DNA of 64,000 nt from Takakia lepidozioides. Taxonomy: Eukaryota > Plantae > Bryophyta. The DNA lies in NCBI GenBank assembly GCA_030704615.1, contig CM060734.1, positions 60,822,001 through 60,886,000 on the forward strand, in the 5' to 3' direction. This document shows, piece after piece, positions 61,950 through 64,000 of the stretch; positions within the stretch are counted from its first letter, which is position 1, and each line of letters begins with the position of its first letter. The position numbers were made by a program, and so were the translations under genes. The notes beneath the pieces are model-generated. The model did not search any database and was not told where the DNA came from. It saw nothing but the letters and a program-made list of their open reading frames with translations.

Positions 61950-64000
61950 GGAAAATTGGAAACAGTTACCTCTACGCCCTATCGTGAAGAACAGATTCCG
62001 ATGTCACCATAATATACACCCGTCCGTAGCCTGGTGGGGGGACATCGACAACAGGGGTGACCTGATACTTCAGGCTTTTCGCTGACTCAATCTTGCTCTC
62101 TACTTGCCTCAACCCGCTGGACCACTTTTCCATTTCTTTTCGTAGGACAATCGGTGCCATGTGGAGGGCGCGTAGGAAATGGGGAAGGGAAAACCCGCGA
62201 AGGATTGACCGTTATGACAATTGGGAGCTGAAATCATGCATCCTCCATCATGTCAATTTCCGCTTTAGAGAGTAAAGTCCCCATCTTCACCGGCCAAACG
62301 ATTGGGATTTGCGGTTTGCTTATCACCGACTCACGGATAGTCCCCATCACGCAACGTTTCCTGTCATCAGGACAAAAGTAGAACTTGTGAGGCCTGGCCT
62401 CTCGCGCATTGTAATGCTTGAACAACCCTGTGAAAGTCGGGTCTAGAGTCCCGACAGGGGCTCTACAAATCATAGATGTGCACTTCATAGACGACGTTGC
62501 CCAGATAGCGGAACATTTCACTTTTGAGCCTTGCGGAGTCCGTTCTATGTGCCACATTGCGTCTACACAGTCAGACTTCCGGATGGGCAGCATGTTTTCC
62601 CCTTCTTTCCCTACAGATGTAGTTGTTGAACGCGGAGTGAACTCTGCTGAAGAAGATTCACCCACAAAAGATGTGGCGTATACGAAAGTGGGAGCCGGCA
62701 CACGAGGCACCGAAAAGTTATCCCTATCGTGCCGATGTAAATCGCCGTCCGACCCTGGAGGGGTGTACCCTCCGGGTGTCTAGTTTGCGCTTGCATAAAC
62801 CAAATCTCTCCTCACTTCCAGATGAGGAAGTCTTGACTGTAAAGGTGTTCCCATTGTGCATTTGTTAACAGCGTTGCCCATCTTAGCACGATTTTTGCAT
62901 CTGTTTGTAGCCCTCAGCTGCAACTCCACCCTGTCTGGCCCCTTACCAACACCCCGTCCTCAAAGAAAGTCCCAGTACTATGTCTGTTGCGAGAGCTCGC
63001 GGACCATGTCATCCAAACTGGCAACGTACAGGCCCCAGCCGTTCTTCTCGGATTGCGCATTCCATATATTGTGCTCAGTTAGCGATAGATTACAGGACGA
63101 CATATCCGCAATCTCTTCCAGCGACATATTCTGCATACAATATCCTCGCCCACCCATTATTAAACTTCCATGGGCAATTGCATTGACCAAAAAGATGGCA
63201 TCAGAGGGTATTGGTGACAAACGAACACGTGAAATTCAGTGAAGTATGGAAGAGACCTTACTCTTGTCATGAAACCCCCCCCCACTGTTTGTAGTGCCGA
63301 AATCCCATCCAATCGTCAAGCTCTTTGAGTCCATCTTGACTTGCTGCGTCGGAGGAGTACCACCATGCCCGTATAATCTGGTATAAGGAGTTAGCTTCAT
63401 GCTCGGTTGTTGCATCTTTATACAAATGGTAGAGTCTCATGTATTCTTCCTGCAATTCCGATTTTATGCAACTGTTCGTATGCCTTCGAAGGGACTGCGT
63501 CAAATGGAAAAGGCAAGTTTGCTCCCTGCCTAACATGGGTATTTTCGGATCACCAGATTCAAAAACAGACCGGACTGCATTCCAATTTATCTGCACGTTG
63601 TCCGCCATGAATCCACAGAAGTTTGGATCTGGGACACCATGGTTTTTCATGACCTTCACAATGGACTTCCACATAAGAATTTGAGACTCGGTGTATTCGG
63701 ATTACATGTCCCAGACTGTAATTGTCATAACTCTTTGGAAAGATGGATTGTACACATGAGCAGCCATGGTTGTCCAGTCCTTCACACGTTTCACGTGATC
63801 AAACATGAGCCACGATTTTTCGAGATCGCCACCGGGTTGCATTCTGCGGACCAGGCTAACTCCACTTCCCTCTCCAACTATGGACATCTTCAATAAGTAC
63901 AATTTCATTGACCCCTGGCCAGGAAAGACATTATCCTGAATAAAGTCGTACCTACTTCTACGCTTCAATTCCAGGATGATATCCACATAACCTTGGCTCC
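61950..64000 (-). mobile_element. Decayed MULE/Mutator-like transposase region running off the window end
   Basis: WLMFDHVKRVKDWTTMAAHVY and GFMADNVQINWNAVRSVF...CLFHLTQ fit the D...D...CxxH pattern; multiple stops. Confidence 0.7.

Overview
Eukaryotic, intron-containing and transposon-rich DNA, most likely from a non-seed land plant (inferred from DUF674 and DUF3455 genes, CCCTAAA motifs and a tRNA-iMet-primed Copia). The main result is two distinct families of Ty3/Gypsy-type retrotransposon: family A at 5611-15223 (plus a 5' fragment at 1871-3940) and family B at 24356-35137. Their combined polyprotein order is gag(2xCCHC)-protease-DNMT3-like C5 cytosine methyltransferase-RT-RNaseH-DDE integrase-PHD finger. 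Neither has ordinary paired LTRs. Both have split direct repeats, X...PPT-Y-GC-X-Y, with TGTC...GACA outer ends and an internal palindrome GACAGCTGTC that joins a copy of the 3' end to a copy of the 5' end. Family B has a clean 4-bp target-site duplication (TSD). In place of a tRNA primer-binding site (PBS), each has a segment complementary to its own X repeat. All copies are decayed (stops, frameshifts, deletions, internal inversions). The window also holds a CRE-like non-LTR RT fragment, a 4-exon secreted tandem-DUF3455 gene, an L1-type LINE split by family B, a cluster of head-to-head DUF674 genes and pseudogenes, nested Copia elements and a MULE-like transposase relic. All calls come from reading motifs and aligning repeats by eye; no database searches were run.
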